IMG/VR virus record: IMGVR_UViG_3300010355_000481
Source of the DNA: an uncultured virus (IMG/VR IMGVR_UViG_3300010355_000481)
Taxonomy: Duplodnaviria; Heunggongvirae; Uroviricota; Caudoviricetes; Crassvirales
Length of the DNA stretch: 64,000 nt
Direction: 5' to 3' (one strand)
How positions within the stretch are numbered: the first letter of the stretch is position 1; each line of letters starts with the position of its first letter. The notes beneath the pieces are model-generated. The model was not told where the DNA came from, ran no database searches, and saw nothing but the letters and a program-made list of their open reading frames with translations. A program made the translations under genes and the position numbers. This document shows, in pieces, positions 1-10,065 of this stretch.

Positions 1-56
1 GTTTACTAATCCTGGGGTTACTTCTGATTTATATTGTACTAGATTATCTAAATTCA

Positions 57-2969
57 TTATTCTCCGATTAGATCGTTAAGTTTTTGGTCGGTCATACTTA
101 GGTTTGGATTTTGGTATCCAAGTGCCCTAAATAAATCACCTGATTGTTTTATTTGTTCGCAACGAACTTTAATAAGCTCTGCTATTTTGCCTGATGCTTG
201 TAATGCTTTTAATGTTTCTTTAGTTTTCGAAGCAATTTCATCTTGAGGTACTTTCTGGTTTTGAAGATCTGCAATAATAGATTGTTTCAAAGTTCCGAAT
301 ACGTCTTCCAAAAGTACGTTAGAAATTTTATCCGTAGCCGCTTCTACATAAGTTTCTGCGGAAGAAGGATTTTCAAATGTTTTTGGTACAGGTATATGAA
401 CATCTCCTACTATAATTTCTGCAGTTAAAGGGGCGTTTCCTGTATAAGGTGTTCTGGTAGCTGTTCCTACTTTATACTCTAATTCAAGTTCTCCTTTTTT
501 TACAGCTTTTGTGTATGATCCGTTTTTACTCCAACTTAATGCTCTGAATTTTGCAGCATCTACATCTGATATTGCTTTTAAAGAAGGGTCAGCTATAATA
601 ATAGATTCCCCGTCTTCCGATGTTATAATAGTTTTACCATCTTTTGAATCTAATTCTTTAGTTTTTAATTCATAACCACCGTCTTTTTGGATAATCTGAC
701 GAATAGATAACGGATCGATATCTTTGAATGATTCAGGATGTTTTGTCATAATCTCCGTCAACTGAATATTGAAATTACTATCTCTAGTTTTATCTAATTG
801 AGTTTCAGTTGTTATAGGTCGAGAGATTACTTGTTGATTACCTATCAAGACAGCTTTTAGTGCGATATCTTTTTGAAGTTTGTCGTAATATGCTAGTCCT
901 ATTTTTGGTACGGGAAGAGTAGATGTTGATGACGCTAATGCTGCTCTACCTGCCCCGACTACGGGGGTTAATAATGGCATATTATTACTTGCAAATTCTC
1001 CTACAACTCTAGCTGAATTATTAATGGCAGCACTTGCTATATCCCCAGCACTTTGCATACGATCGTCAAATCCTGCTGCAAAATCTTTGTCGGTGATTAA
1101 ACGTTGAGCTACTTCATCTAAAGATTTAAAGTTATGTTGACGAGTAGTAAAAGTACGCCCAAAACGTAAACCATCTTCTGTTTTATGTATTAAACCTTCT
1201 TGTCTATAAGCGTCTGTTATGTCAGTACTACCCATTGCTTTATTGATTTGATCAACGGTAACTCCTGACTTTTGTAACTCACCAATAATGCTTGCTTTAC
1301 TTGATTTTTGTAAAGCCATTTTATTATCATGATAAGCTACTGCTTCAATTACGTCGGCATCATTTTTCTCAAATTTTAAAGCTATTGCTTTTTTAGCTTT
1401 ATCAAGTGTCGTAAGTTGAGAATTTGGAGTATTCATTATGCCCGCTAATTTTCCGTCGGCGTATTCTCGAGACACTGAATATGCAAATGCTAACGCTTTT
1501 TTGTCATTTGTATAAGACTTTTCCGTAAAACCTAAAGCAGAGTATGCATCTGAGGCTATGCCTACGATGGCGCCATTGATTTTCTTTTGCATATCTCCTT
1601 CATAATTATCTACGGTGGATTGTATAGCTTCTCCGTCAGTTAATTCTGAAGGTGTTACCGTAGATAAAGCCCCTCCGGCTACTCCTTTACCCCCAGGTGA
1701 ATTAGTACCTCCACCAGTTATTGGAGTTCCGTCAGGGTTTAAACCTTCTTTACCCGCATTAATCGCGTTCTTTTGGGCTTCTAGTTGAAGTTTAGCTTGA
1801 TCTATACCCATACGATCGTTATGAAACTCACGTTCTTGGTTTAGCCTCATGATAAGTTCATTGGCGCCTTGCTCCCTATTACGTAAAGAAACTATCGCAG
1901 AATTTGACCCTAAAGTTTGTGAAGTCTTTTTTACTTCGAGAGATCGTGATAAATCAGCTATCTTTTGGTTTGCATATGTATTAGCGTAGTTATCGACTTT
2001 ATTGTTTTTATATATGGAAACTTTTTCTGGATCGGTAAGATCTTTTGCTTGATTTTGTAATTCAAGTAGTTGACTTTCTAAAGCACCTTTACGGGCTTCT
2101 AAGTCTTTAGGGGATAATGGAGATTTTTTAGGATCTTTTCGGAATACTTCTAAATCTGCAAGCTGATCTTGAGTTTGCTTTAAATTTGCTTCCGTCGTAC
2201 CTTGCATCATTTTGATGTAAGTCTTGTCATTAATTCCTCTCGCAGTTACTCTCCCTTCTAATTTCATTTGTCCTCGAGCTTTTTCAGAAAGGATATTATT
2301 TAAATAAAGTTGAAGTTGTTCTGCCGACTTTCCTTCATACTTAACTTTTTGAGTCATACCATTTTGATCAACGGTTTCGTGTTCAAAACTATCTGGATTC
2401 TTCAAGAATTCCTTAGTAGCCTCAAGTACTTCATCTTTGTAATTATAATAAGGGGTGTATGAATACATATCTCCCCAAGAAGTTGGATTATTCCCTTGGC
2501 CGCCTTTAAATCTTTGGTAGTTTTGTTGTAATTCTGCCATATTATAGTCAGAATATTGCATACCTACATTACCTTTTTTATCTTGCATGTGTCTGTAAGA
2601 TTCGGCAACTTGCATTTGATTATTATAATGCTTTGTATATTGAGCATCTAACATTGCAGGGGCATATTCTGGGTTAGAAGACAATGGTTCAAATATCTTA
2701 AGGGCGCTATTTACATTATCTAAATTAGATAAATCAGTGTTTAAAGTTTTACCTACTGTATCTTGAGCTTGCTGTAAGAAAGTATTAACTTTTTGTTTAT
2801 TTTCGGTATGGGTAAAATCTAAACCTAAGATTTGATTATACTGACTTCGTACCATAGCTTCACCTGTGGACATTAAATCCATCCGCTTTTGCGTATATTG
2901 TAAAAAAGCAGTAGGATCACTGCTTATATTTACCGGTACAAATTTATCTGGGCGGTTGTAAGTGCTCAT
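57..2969 (-). CDS. Putative virion cargo/ejection protein
   Basis: 970 aa, largely helical-looking, one Cys; lies downstream of the tail muzzle gene, where crAss-like phages encode cargo proteins. Confidence 0.55.
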   Translation of the reverse strand: MSTYNRPDKFVPVNISSDPTAFLQYTQKRMDLMSTGEAMVRSQYNQILGLDFTHTENKQKVNTFLQQAQDTVGKTLNTDLSNLDNVNSALKIFEPLSSNPEYAPAMLDAQYTKHYNNQMQVAESYRHMQDKKGNVGMQYSDYNMAELQQNYQRFKGGQGNNPTSWGDMYSYTPYYNYKDEVLEATKEFLKNPDSFEHETVDQNGMTQKVKYEGKSAEQLQLYLNNILSEKARGQMKLEGRVTARGINDKTYIKMMQGTTEANLKQTQDQLADLEVFRKDPKKSPLSPKDLEARKGALESQLLELQNQAKDLTDPEKVSIYKNNKVDNYANTYANQKIADLSRSLEVKKTSQTLGSNSAIVSLRNREQGANELIMRLNQEREFHNDRMGIDQAKLQLEAQKNAINAGKEGLNPDGTPITGGGTNSPGGKGVAGGALSTVTPSELTDGEAIQSTVDNYEGDMQKKINGAIVGIASDAYSALGFTEKSYTNDKKALAFAYSVSREYADGKLAGIMNTPNSQLTTLDKAKKAIALKFEKNDADVIEAVAYHDNKMALQKSSKASIIGELQKSGVTVDQINKAMGSTDITDAYRQEGLIHKTEDGLRFGRTFTTRQHNFKSLDEVAQRLITDKDFAAGFDDRMQSAGDIASAAINNSARVVGEFASNNMPLLTPVVGAGRAALASSTSTLPVPKIGLAYYDKLQKDIALKAVLIGNQQVISRPITTETQLDKTRDSNFNIQLTEIMTKHPESFKDIDPLSIRQIIQKDGGYELKTKELDSKDGKTIITSEDGESIIIADPSLKAISDVDAAKFRALSWSKNGSYTKAVKKGELELEYKVGTATRTPYTGNAPLTAEIIVGDVHIPVPKTFENPSSAETYVEAATDKISNVLLEDVFGTLKQSIIADLQNQKVPQDEIASKTKETLKALQASGKIAELIKVRCEQIKQSGDLFRALGYQNPNLSMTDQKLNDLIGE

Positions 2970-3021
2970 AATTGTAAAAATAGGATTTTTAATTTACACA
3001 TGTAATTAATTTTTAATATTA

Positions 3022-4578
3022 TTATCCGCCGTAAGCGTTCATTAATCTTTTTAAATAATCTTCTTGTGTAGATGGTTGTTGTTTTGCTTGAAACATTTGT
3101 TTCATTATAGCATTCAAGATTATAGGATGTTGTTCTAAAATCGGATTGTTTTGTATCAATGAATTAACCTGTTGCATTTGTGATTGCATAGTAGGTGTAT
3201 TCTGTTTATTCTTTACATCCCAAGCATATTGACGTTTCATACCTTCAATTGCCATATTATATTGCATATTCTCTTGGTACCCCTGCCCAAATAAATTAAG
3301 ATTAGTTGCTCCAATTTGACGACGACTATCATCGACATTTTGATACATCTCATTTAATTTATCTATATATGTAGCACGTTGATTATTATTGTTATTCAAC
3401 ACTTGGTTTTGGATCTCTGCATTTCTGTTTGCATTTGCAGTTAAAACATTTTGGTTTTGAATATTAACCTGGTTACCGTAATTCATAGCTTGCTCTGAGA
3501 ATTGAGTATCCATGAATTGTTTACGTGCCGTATTATCGGTACCGTATTGTTCAGTAGCTTTTCTAGTAGCGTACGCTTGCGATAATGCTGCATTTATTCC
3601 TTGCTGAGGGTCGATAGTTTGGGCTTGGGTTGTATACCCTGATTGTAAAGCTAAAGCCGGTGTATATGCTTTAGGCATTTGCATAAGATTTCCTGCCATA
3701 GAAATTAACTTTGGCGTCCAATCATATTTAGGAATCCAACTGAATTTATTTGGGTCTTCCTGAAAGTCTGCATTAAGGTCTTGACCGTTGCTGTAGTGTT
3801 GAGCAAGTAATGCATCCATATTCATAGGATTGGCTTTCATAATGTCTGATTGATATGTCGGTATAAAACCTACATTAGAGTTTAAAGCGTCCATACTAAT
3901 TCTTTTGCGCCCGCCTTCTGCGTATTTTCCTACCCAACCTCCTTTTGAATACTGCTTTGCAATACGATCTGATACGATATCTTGAGGTTGTAAATTTCCA
4001 TACTCAGGCAATTGTCCGTCTGGTTTACGTATTTCTTGAAGTGCAGCTATAGTACCTGCTTTTTGTTGATACTTTTCTGTCATCAACCTTGCTGTATTTT
4101 TCTCTGCAAAACTTTTTGAGTTTTCTAAGAAATCTAACATCTGGTTATTATGCTTGATATCAATATTGCGTTTGAATACTTTTGCCGGCGTATTATTTTT
4201 TAAACCACCTTTAGCGTATCCTCCTAATTTGAAGGTTTCTAACTCCTCTGGTGTCATAGCCATGGATTTATCTTTCGAGAAGATAAAAGATCCGTCAGGT
4301 ACATTTAATGGCGTACCTCCTTTAGAGTGTGGTTTACCTTTAATATCATGGAAACCAACACCTAACGGGTTAAATGATGATAAAATTTCCCCCTTCTCTG
4401 CTTCGATATTTGCAACTTCTTTATCTACGGCTTTCGCGGAAGTCGTAACTTCTTTAGATTCATTTCTATGTAAATAGGAAATTAGTCCTGACGGATTATA
4501 CCTTGGAGATATTCCAAAAGGGTTTACATTAGGATAATATCCTTTAAATGGTGAGTTAGGTGCTGTGTTAATAGGCAT
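3022..4578 (-). CDS. Putative virion cargo protein
   Basis: 518 aa; EAEKGE...GKPHSKGG segment; YAKGG/YSKGG/YAEGG motifs; Q/N-rich C-terminus. Confidence 0.55.
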   Translation of the reverse strand: MPINTAPNSPFKGYYPNVNPFGISPRYNPSGLISYLHRNESKEVTTSAKAVDKEVANIEAEKGEILSSFNPLGVGFHDIKGKPHSKGGTPLNVPDGSFIFSKDKSMAMTPEELETFKLGGYAKGGLKNNTPAKVFKRNIDIKHNNQMLDFLENSKSFAEKNTARLMTEKYQQKAGTIAALQEIRKPDGQLPEYGNLQPQDIVSDRIAKQYSKGGWVGKYAEGGRKRISMDALNSNVGFIPTYQSDIMKANPMNMDALLAQHYSNGQDLNADFQEDPNKFSWIPKYDWTPKLISMAGNLMQMPKAYTPALALQSGYTTQAQTIDPQQGINAALSQAYATRKATEQYGTDNTARKQFMDTQFSEQAMNYGNQVNIQNQNVLTANANRNAEIQNQVLNNNNNQRATYIDKLNEMYQNVDDSRRQIGATNLNLFGQGYQENMQYNMAIEGMKRQYAWDVKNKQNTPTMQSQMQQVNSLIQNNPILEQHPIILNAIMKQMFQAKQQPSTQEDYLKRLMNAYGG

Positions 4579-6217
4579 ATGTTCCTCCTTGTTTAAATGT
4601 TTGTCTTATACGTGTAGGATAAGCTCTGTAAGTTTGGTTTAAAGTAAAATCTTTACCTCCTAGTATTCCTTTTGCATTAAAATTTTGCATAAATTTAGGT
4701 AACCTTTTGTTTCGACTAAACGGTTGGATATCCCACACATCTTTCATAGTTATTTTATTTCCTTGTTTAATAAACGGAGCTCCGCCCCCAGTCCCTGTAA
4801 TATAATCTACGCCAGGAATTACAGTTTTATCCCCTTTTATGATAGGAATTCCATATTCACTTTGCGGTCCTTTTAAAAACAGGTCTGGGTTAAACTCTTT
4901 TCTACTACTTAAACCTATATTATTGTTACCGTATTGTTTAGTTAATTGGTTGTATAATTCAGTTTTATTACTCGATGTAGGCGACTTATAGTAATTTTCT
5001 AATTGGGTTAAAGTATTAAACTCTTCTTTGGTGAAGGGTTGTACTGTTTCTGTAGCTCCTGTACGATTTATTAAACGCTCAGGCATAGTATACACTACTC
5101 CGTTGCCATTTTTAAATGAATTACTATGAATTCTGTATGGGTTATTTTTAATAGGTTTGCCTAAATAATGATTGAATGCATCTATACGCGATTGGCCCAT
5201 CGTATATTGTTGTTTTAAAGCTGCTTTACCTTTTAATACATTAGGTACAAAATCTTTTATAACTTGTTTAGCATTATAATTTTCAGCTACGATACCTCTA
5301 CTCGAAAGTTCAGAATTTATATTAAAAGGGTGTCTGCGTTGTGTTTCTAGTATTCCTCTTTCTTCTATTTCTTTATTTAAGAAATTAATCTCATTCTTAT
5401 TAAACCCTTTATCGAACGTATTATTGTTTAAAAAATCATAACTATTTTTATAAGTTGTTCCATTTTTTTCAATAATATTTGTACCGTATTTTAAATCTCT
5501 ATACCCTCTTCCGATAGTTTTAGGTAAATTTAAACCCGCTTTAACTACCCCAGGAGCTCCTTTAATAAATGGCGCCGTCATAGCCGTACTTAAGGTAGCC
5601 ATACCTACTGGTAGAAACTTATCTACATTTTTACCGAAAAGTATATTAGGCGCCTCAGGATTTTCATTATAATAGTTATTAATATCTAAAGTATTCTGAG
5701 GGGCGTCCGCCCATGGGGCAATAATACCATCAGCGGCCATATGTAAAGGGTTAACAAAGTCATTTAAAATACCAGCTTGCGGTACATTATAGAAATTCTC
5801 AATTCCCCTAGCCATGCCTTGTAATAACTCTGGGGTAGTTGGTTTTATAGAAGAAGGTAAAGCTTTATTGGTACCTAATAATTTTGATACGGGATTATGG
5901 TCGTGGAAAAGTTGACGTTGTTTTTGGGCTTCAATAGCCTCTTGTTGTTCAGCTTGTCTACGTGAGGCTGCTTTTTGGTTAATCTCTGCTGTAGTGGGTG
6001 CTATATATTTTGCAGGAGTCCTACCCCCAGAAGATGTGTATGTTGGAGTTAAAGTCCGTGCACTAGGTTTATATACAGGAGTAATCTTCTTAGTACTCTC
6101 GTCATATCTTTGTACTGGAGCTACTATTCTTTTACTTGTATTATCTACGACAGGTTTCACCAAACTGGCAAGACTGTCATAGAAATTTGGATTATATGGT
6201 AATTTGCGTTTTGGCAT
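4568..6217 (-). CDS. Putative virion cargo protein, basic
   Basis: 549 aa; C-terminal FKQGG motif; overlaps the next gene. Confidence 0.45.
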   Translation of the reverse strand: MPKRKLPYNPNFYDSLASLVKPVVDNTSKRIVAPVQRYDESTKKITPVYKPSARTLTPTYTSSGGRTPAKYIAPTTAEINQKAASRRQAEQQEAIEAQKQRQLFHDHNPVSKLLGTNKALPSSIKPTTPELLQGMARGIENFYNVPQAGILNDFVNPLHMAADGIIAPWADAPQNTLDINNYYNENPEAPNILFGKNVDKFLPVGMATLSTAMTAPFIKGAPGVVKAGLNLPKTIGRGYRDLKYGTNIIEKNGTTYKNSYDFLNNNTFDKGFNKNEINFLNKEIEERGILETQRRHPFNINSELSSRGIVAENYNAKQVIKDFVPNVLKGKAALKQQYTMGQSRIDAFNHYLGKPIKNNPYRIHSNSFKNGNGVVYTMPERLINRTGATETVQPFTKEEFNTLTQLENYYKSPTSSNKTELYNQLTKQYGNNNIGLSSRKEFNPDLFLKGPQSEYGIPIIKGDKTVIPGVDYITGTGGGAPFIKQGNKITMKDVWDIQPFSRNKRLPKFMQNFNAKGILGGKDFTLNQTYRAYPTRIRQTFKQGGTYAY

Positions 6218-6224
6218 TTTCTAT

Positions 6225-7970
6225 CTAGAAACGTTTAAATAATCTTTTAGCTGTTTTCTCCATACTTTTGTATACTTTATCTGTCGATTTCACAGATGAT
6301 CGTAATGTAGGAACTTGATAAGCTCTTGTACCTATACGTTCTGGTATATTAGAAACATTAACTTTTGGAAATTTTAAATTAGCCATTTCGTTTTTAACAT
6401 CTTTAGGTGTCATATACCCTTGTGGATAAGATATTGATGGCTTTTTTAATTTAGGTAATTTACTTGAAACATCTTTAGCAAATTCTTTTGGTGTCATATA
6501 TCCTTTAGGGTAAGATACATTTGGCAATTTCATACTCTTTAGTTTATCTGTCATAGTTTTAGTAAATTCTCCGGGAGTCATATAATTACTCGGATATTTT
6601 GGTTTTTTCATTGATTGTGCTAATTCCCTAGGTGTCATATACTTTGAAGCTATATTTCTTTTAGCGTCTTTTATGAATTCTTTAGGAGTCATATAACTTT
6701 CAGGATATTTAATAGCTCCAGTACCTAATCCTAGAATACCCATACCTACTGCAGTTGTTACCCCGGCGCCTGCTATTTTACCCCAAGGTACGCTATTCCC
6801 GTTAGTTTGAGATTGACTTTGTGTTACTGGGCTTGAAGAGGTTACTGTGTAAGGGTTATTTTTAGAAAAACCAACCATTCTTTGGTCAGCTATTGTAGCA
6901 TATTCACGGTTAGATTGAACCATAGATGTTGCGGCTTTTCGCGCTGCACCTTTACCTGCGTCAGTACGGGCGTCTGTGGTATACATTTTATTTCTGAAAG
7001 AGAATACTTTCAAACCAGAATTTCTAGCTTCATTCCATGCTTTTCCAAAATCTTTTTGATTGACTTTTGGTTGTTGATAATTACTACTAACTTCGGCCAT
7101 GGTTGGTCCTGTAGGTGCTGGTGGCGCAAATGTTGGTGTAGGTGTTTGGGGTGCAATAACTCCCATACCTACTTGGCCATCATTATATGGTTGAGGAGTT
7201 GTAGGATACATTGGTGGTCCAATTGTACCTGGCGCCGGTTCGTACATAGCTTCTTGATTAATGGCAGCTTGATTATATCTAGGGTTTGTAGGTATACCTG
7301 GATTTGGTACCCAATATGGTCCTGTACCTATAGAGCCTCCTTTTTTAAATGAATTATCTTGTTTTAAATCGGTTATTTGTTGGATATTACCCATCCAACG
7401 ATCATTAAGATTTTTAAGCTTTTTTCTTGCAAAGATATTATTAAAGGCGCCTCTGACCCCTTTAAATCTATATGCATTATTTTTATAATCTTCCTGAGTT
7501 GAATTTAAAAGATTATTTGCTTGAGCATTCCGTGTGTCCTTTGCCTTGCGGTACATATCGTATGCATTTCCTAAATTTACATCCCCCATGACATTGCCCA
7601 TCCTCCCTGCTGATTTTAACTCAGATTCTGGTAAAGTCATCATACTGTCCCCATATTGACTTTGCATTTGTTGATAAAAACCGGCTAAAGGGTTATTATC
7701 AGGGTTAAACCCATTCATTGTAATATGACTTTGCATGCTATTACCTCCCGAAGGTGTAAATGTATTTCCATGTATTTTACGGTACATTTCATCGTAAGCT
7801 TGCATCATTTCTGGATGTTGACGTAAATAATCAATATCACCTGGGTTGTTTGGTGGTGTATAAGGTGCGAATTGTTGAGATACCATACCTACAGGTTGGG
7901 ATTTGTATTGACCCCCACGACGCATACGTTGTAAGGCCATTAGCATTGATTGATTGAATGTGTTTGACAT
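6225..7970 (-). CDS. Putative virion cargo protein with YMTP repeats
   Basis: 581 aa; low complexity; five YMTP repeats; MRRGG and FKKGG motifs. Confidence 0.45.
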   Translation of the reverse strand: MSNTFNQSMLMALQRMRRGGQYKSQPVGMVSQQFAPYTPPNNPGDIDYLRQHPEMMQAYDEMYRKIHGNTFTPSGGNSMQSHITMNGFNPDNNPLAGFYQQMQSQYGDSMMTLPESELKSAGRMGNVMGDVNLGNAYDMYRKAKDTRNAQANNLLNSTQEDYKNNAYRFKGVRGAFNNIFARKKLKNLNDRWMGNIQQITDLKQDNSFKKGGSIGTGPYWVPNPGIPTNPRYNQAAINQEAMYEPAPGTIGPPMYPTTPQPYNDGQVGMGVIAPQTPTPTFAPPAPTGPTMAEVSSNYQQPKVNQKDFGKAWNEARNSGLKVFSFRNKMYTTDARTDAGKGAARKAATSMVQSNREYATIADQRMVGFSKNNPYTVTSSSPVTQSQSQTNGNSVPWGKIAGAGVTTAVGMGILGLGTGAIKYPESYMTPKEFIKDAKRNIASKYMTPRELAQSMKKPKYPSNYMTPGEFTKTMTDKLKSMKLPNVSYPKGYMTPKEFAKDVSSKLPKLKKPSISYPQGYMTPKDVKNEMANLKFPKVNVSNIPERIGTRAYQVPTLRSSVKSTDKVYKSMEKTAKRLFKRF

Positions 7971-7977
7971 GTTTTAA

Positions 7978-10065
7978 TTATTGATAGTTATTTGAATATT
8001 TTTTAAATTTTAATCGAACACTGCCTCCTTTTTTAAATTTATAACCACTATCTCTAGCGGCTATATATTTTTTAAGCGCTTCCGGGTCGGATAAAAGTGT
8101 TTTATCCTGAAGATTATGAACATTGTTTGGTGCCCCAGTGTATTGGTATGCTGGTTTAAATTGCATGTCATTTCCTGAATACCCTATGATTGTGGAACCT
8201 GGACCATAAATAGGTTTTCCGTGTTGTTGTGGTAATATAGGTTCTGGTAAATTAATAGATTGTCCTTTCATCACAACTTGTGGGTTATCCGCCCCTATAT
8301 TAACTGGATGTAAGGTTTGCATCCTAGTTGTAGGGTGCGTATTTTTAGGTAATTGAGAGGTGTTAGGTATAATTTGTAATGTATTTTTATTTATTTGTTT
8401 AAAGGTTCGAGGCGTGTTATTAGTTGTATTTACTGTTCGTTGTGGTTGATATTTAACTGGTTGTTTTGGGTAAGTATTGGAATAGTCGTTGTTGTTTCCA
8501 TACCCTCTCCACATTGCACTATTATGTATATAAGGGTGGACTAAGTCAGGGCTCCCTGCACTATTAGAGTATTGTATTCTACCATTTGAATTTTTAATTA
8601 TTTTATTAGCCTCTTCATAAAGTATTTGATGTTCTGTATCATTTTGACCGAGTGACCATAATCTAGAGTTCCCATACCTGGTGCCGTCTTCTCTTATGTT
8701 ACCATTAACACTTTTATTTCTCTTTATTATAGATTCAAAAGTACCTTTTTGTTCAGCCATCCCCTCATCTTTTATTTTTAATTCTGCAATAGGGGATAAC
8801 AGAAAATCTAACTTACTTTTTGGTTCTACTTTTTTTTGTAATTTGGTATAATTATATAAAGCTAAACTATCATTATAATTCTGAGCAGCTTTATTATATT
8901 CTGTAGCATTAGTATAAACTTTAGGAGAATTTTGTACAGACCCCCCGCCCTTAAATCTAAGAAGTTTGTTTATGTATCCACTAGTTGACATATTGTTACT
9001 CCTGTTGAATTCTGTTTTGTTTTTCTTACTACCTGTTAAATTAAATCTACCTGCAGTAGCTAGGTCATTATTTGTTTGACGTTTTAACCACTGTTCGTAT
9101 CTGCCGTCTACGGCATTAGATAATTCCCCATATCCACTTTTTGAGTATGTATCCCAAAAACTATCAAAAGATTTATAATTATTTCTCATATCTTGAAATT
9201 CTGGTGCTGTTTTAAATGCTTGCTGTAGATGCCCACTTTTTCTATATCCAAATGTTCCGTAGGCACCATTACCGTGATTAAACTTATTTCCGCTATCTTC
9301 TACTTGTTTAAATCTTTGTGCCCATGATTTATTATTACTAGGTACATTCATCCCTATATTTAAAGCAGGGGCGTAGGTTGGAGAATAAGGTTGAGGAGTG
9401 GTTTCTTCGTCGCCGTAATTAGGTAAAGTAGATTGGTAAGGTTGAGGGATATATGGATATATATCTTCTTGAACTGGAGCTACTGCGCTTGCCGCATGTT
9501 GTTCGAGGGTTTCGTACATCGCGTCTTGCATTTGTTTTTGTTGAAATGCTTGAAACTCTTGTGCGTATTCTGCAGCTTGATTATTAAAGAAATCCGCATC
9601 CTCTGGATTTTCCTGGGCCAGGAAGTTATACTCATTTGCTAAATTTTGATAGTTACCCCCGTCGTCAAATCTTTTTAATCCTCCTAATCTTGCGTAAGAT
9701 GTTCCGTATAGATCTTGGTTTGTAGAATATAGATTTTTATTTAAATCTGGTGCGAGTTTTTGTTGATTGTATTTTCTTAAACTGTTTTGGTACGAATTTC
9801 CAGATAATGATGATAAACCTTGTAGTGCCGATACTCCTAAATATAAAGACTGATTTCTTAACATCTTCAATGGATCTGTCATTTCTGGATCATATACTTG
9901 CTGTTGTTGTTCGTCTCTACCCATTAATGCATCCATATTCATAGGGTTGGCTTTCATAGTATCAGGACGATAAGAAGGTACCTTACCTACATTTGCGTCT
10001 AATGATACCATTTGCGGACCACGTACTAGTGAATTTGGAGTATTGAATAAGAAATTAAAAGGCAT
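7978..10065 (-). CDS. Putative cargo protein, possible lysozyme-like domain
   Basis: 695 aa; FKQVEDSG...GAYGTFGY resembles a lytic transglycosylase/lysozyme motif; several [FY]xxGG motifs. Confidence 0.45.
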   Translation of the reverse strand: MPFNFLFNTPNSLVRGPQMVSLDANVGKVPSYRPDTMKANPMNMDALMGRDEQQQQVYDPEMTDPLKMLRNQSLYLGVSALQGLSSLSGNSYQNSLRKYNQQKLAPDLNKNLYSTNQDLYGTSYARLGGLKRFDDGGNYQNLANEYNFLAQENPEDADFFNNQAAEYAQEFQAFQQKQMQDAMYETLEQHAASAVAPVQEDIYPYIPQPYQSTLPNYGDEETTPQPYSPTYAPALNIGMNVPSNNKSWAQRFKQVEDSGNKFNHGNGAYGTFGYRKSGHLQQAFKTAPEFQDMRNNYKSFDSFWDTYSKSGYGELSNAVDGRYEQWLKRQTNNDLATAGRFNLTGSKKNKTEFNRSNNMSTSGYINKLLRFKGGGSVQNSPKVYTNATEYNKAAQNYNDSLALYNYTKLQKKVEPKSKLDFLLSPIAELKIKDEGMAEQKGTFESIIKRNKSVNGNIREDGTRYGNSRLWSLGQNDTEHQILYEEANKIIKNSNGRIQYSNSAGSPDLVHPYIHNSAMWRGYGNNNDYSNTYPKQPVKYQPQRTVNTTNNTPRTFKQINKNTLQIIPNTSQLPKNTHPTTRMQTLHPVNIGADNPQVVMKGQSINLPEPILPQQHGKPIYGPGSTIIGYSGNDMQFKPAYQYTGAPNNVHNLQDKTLLSDPEALKKYIAARDSGYKFKKGGSVRLKFKKYSNNYQ

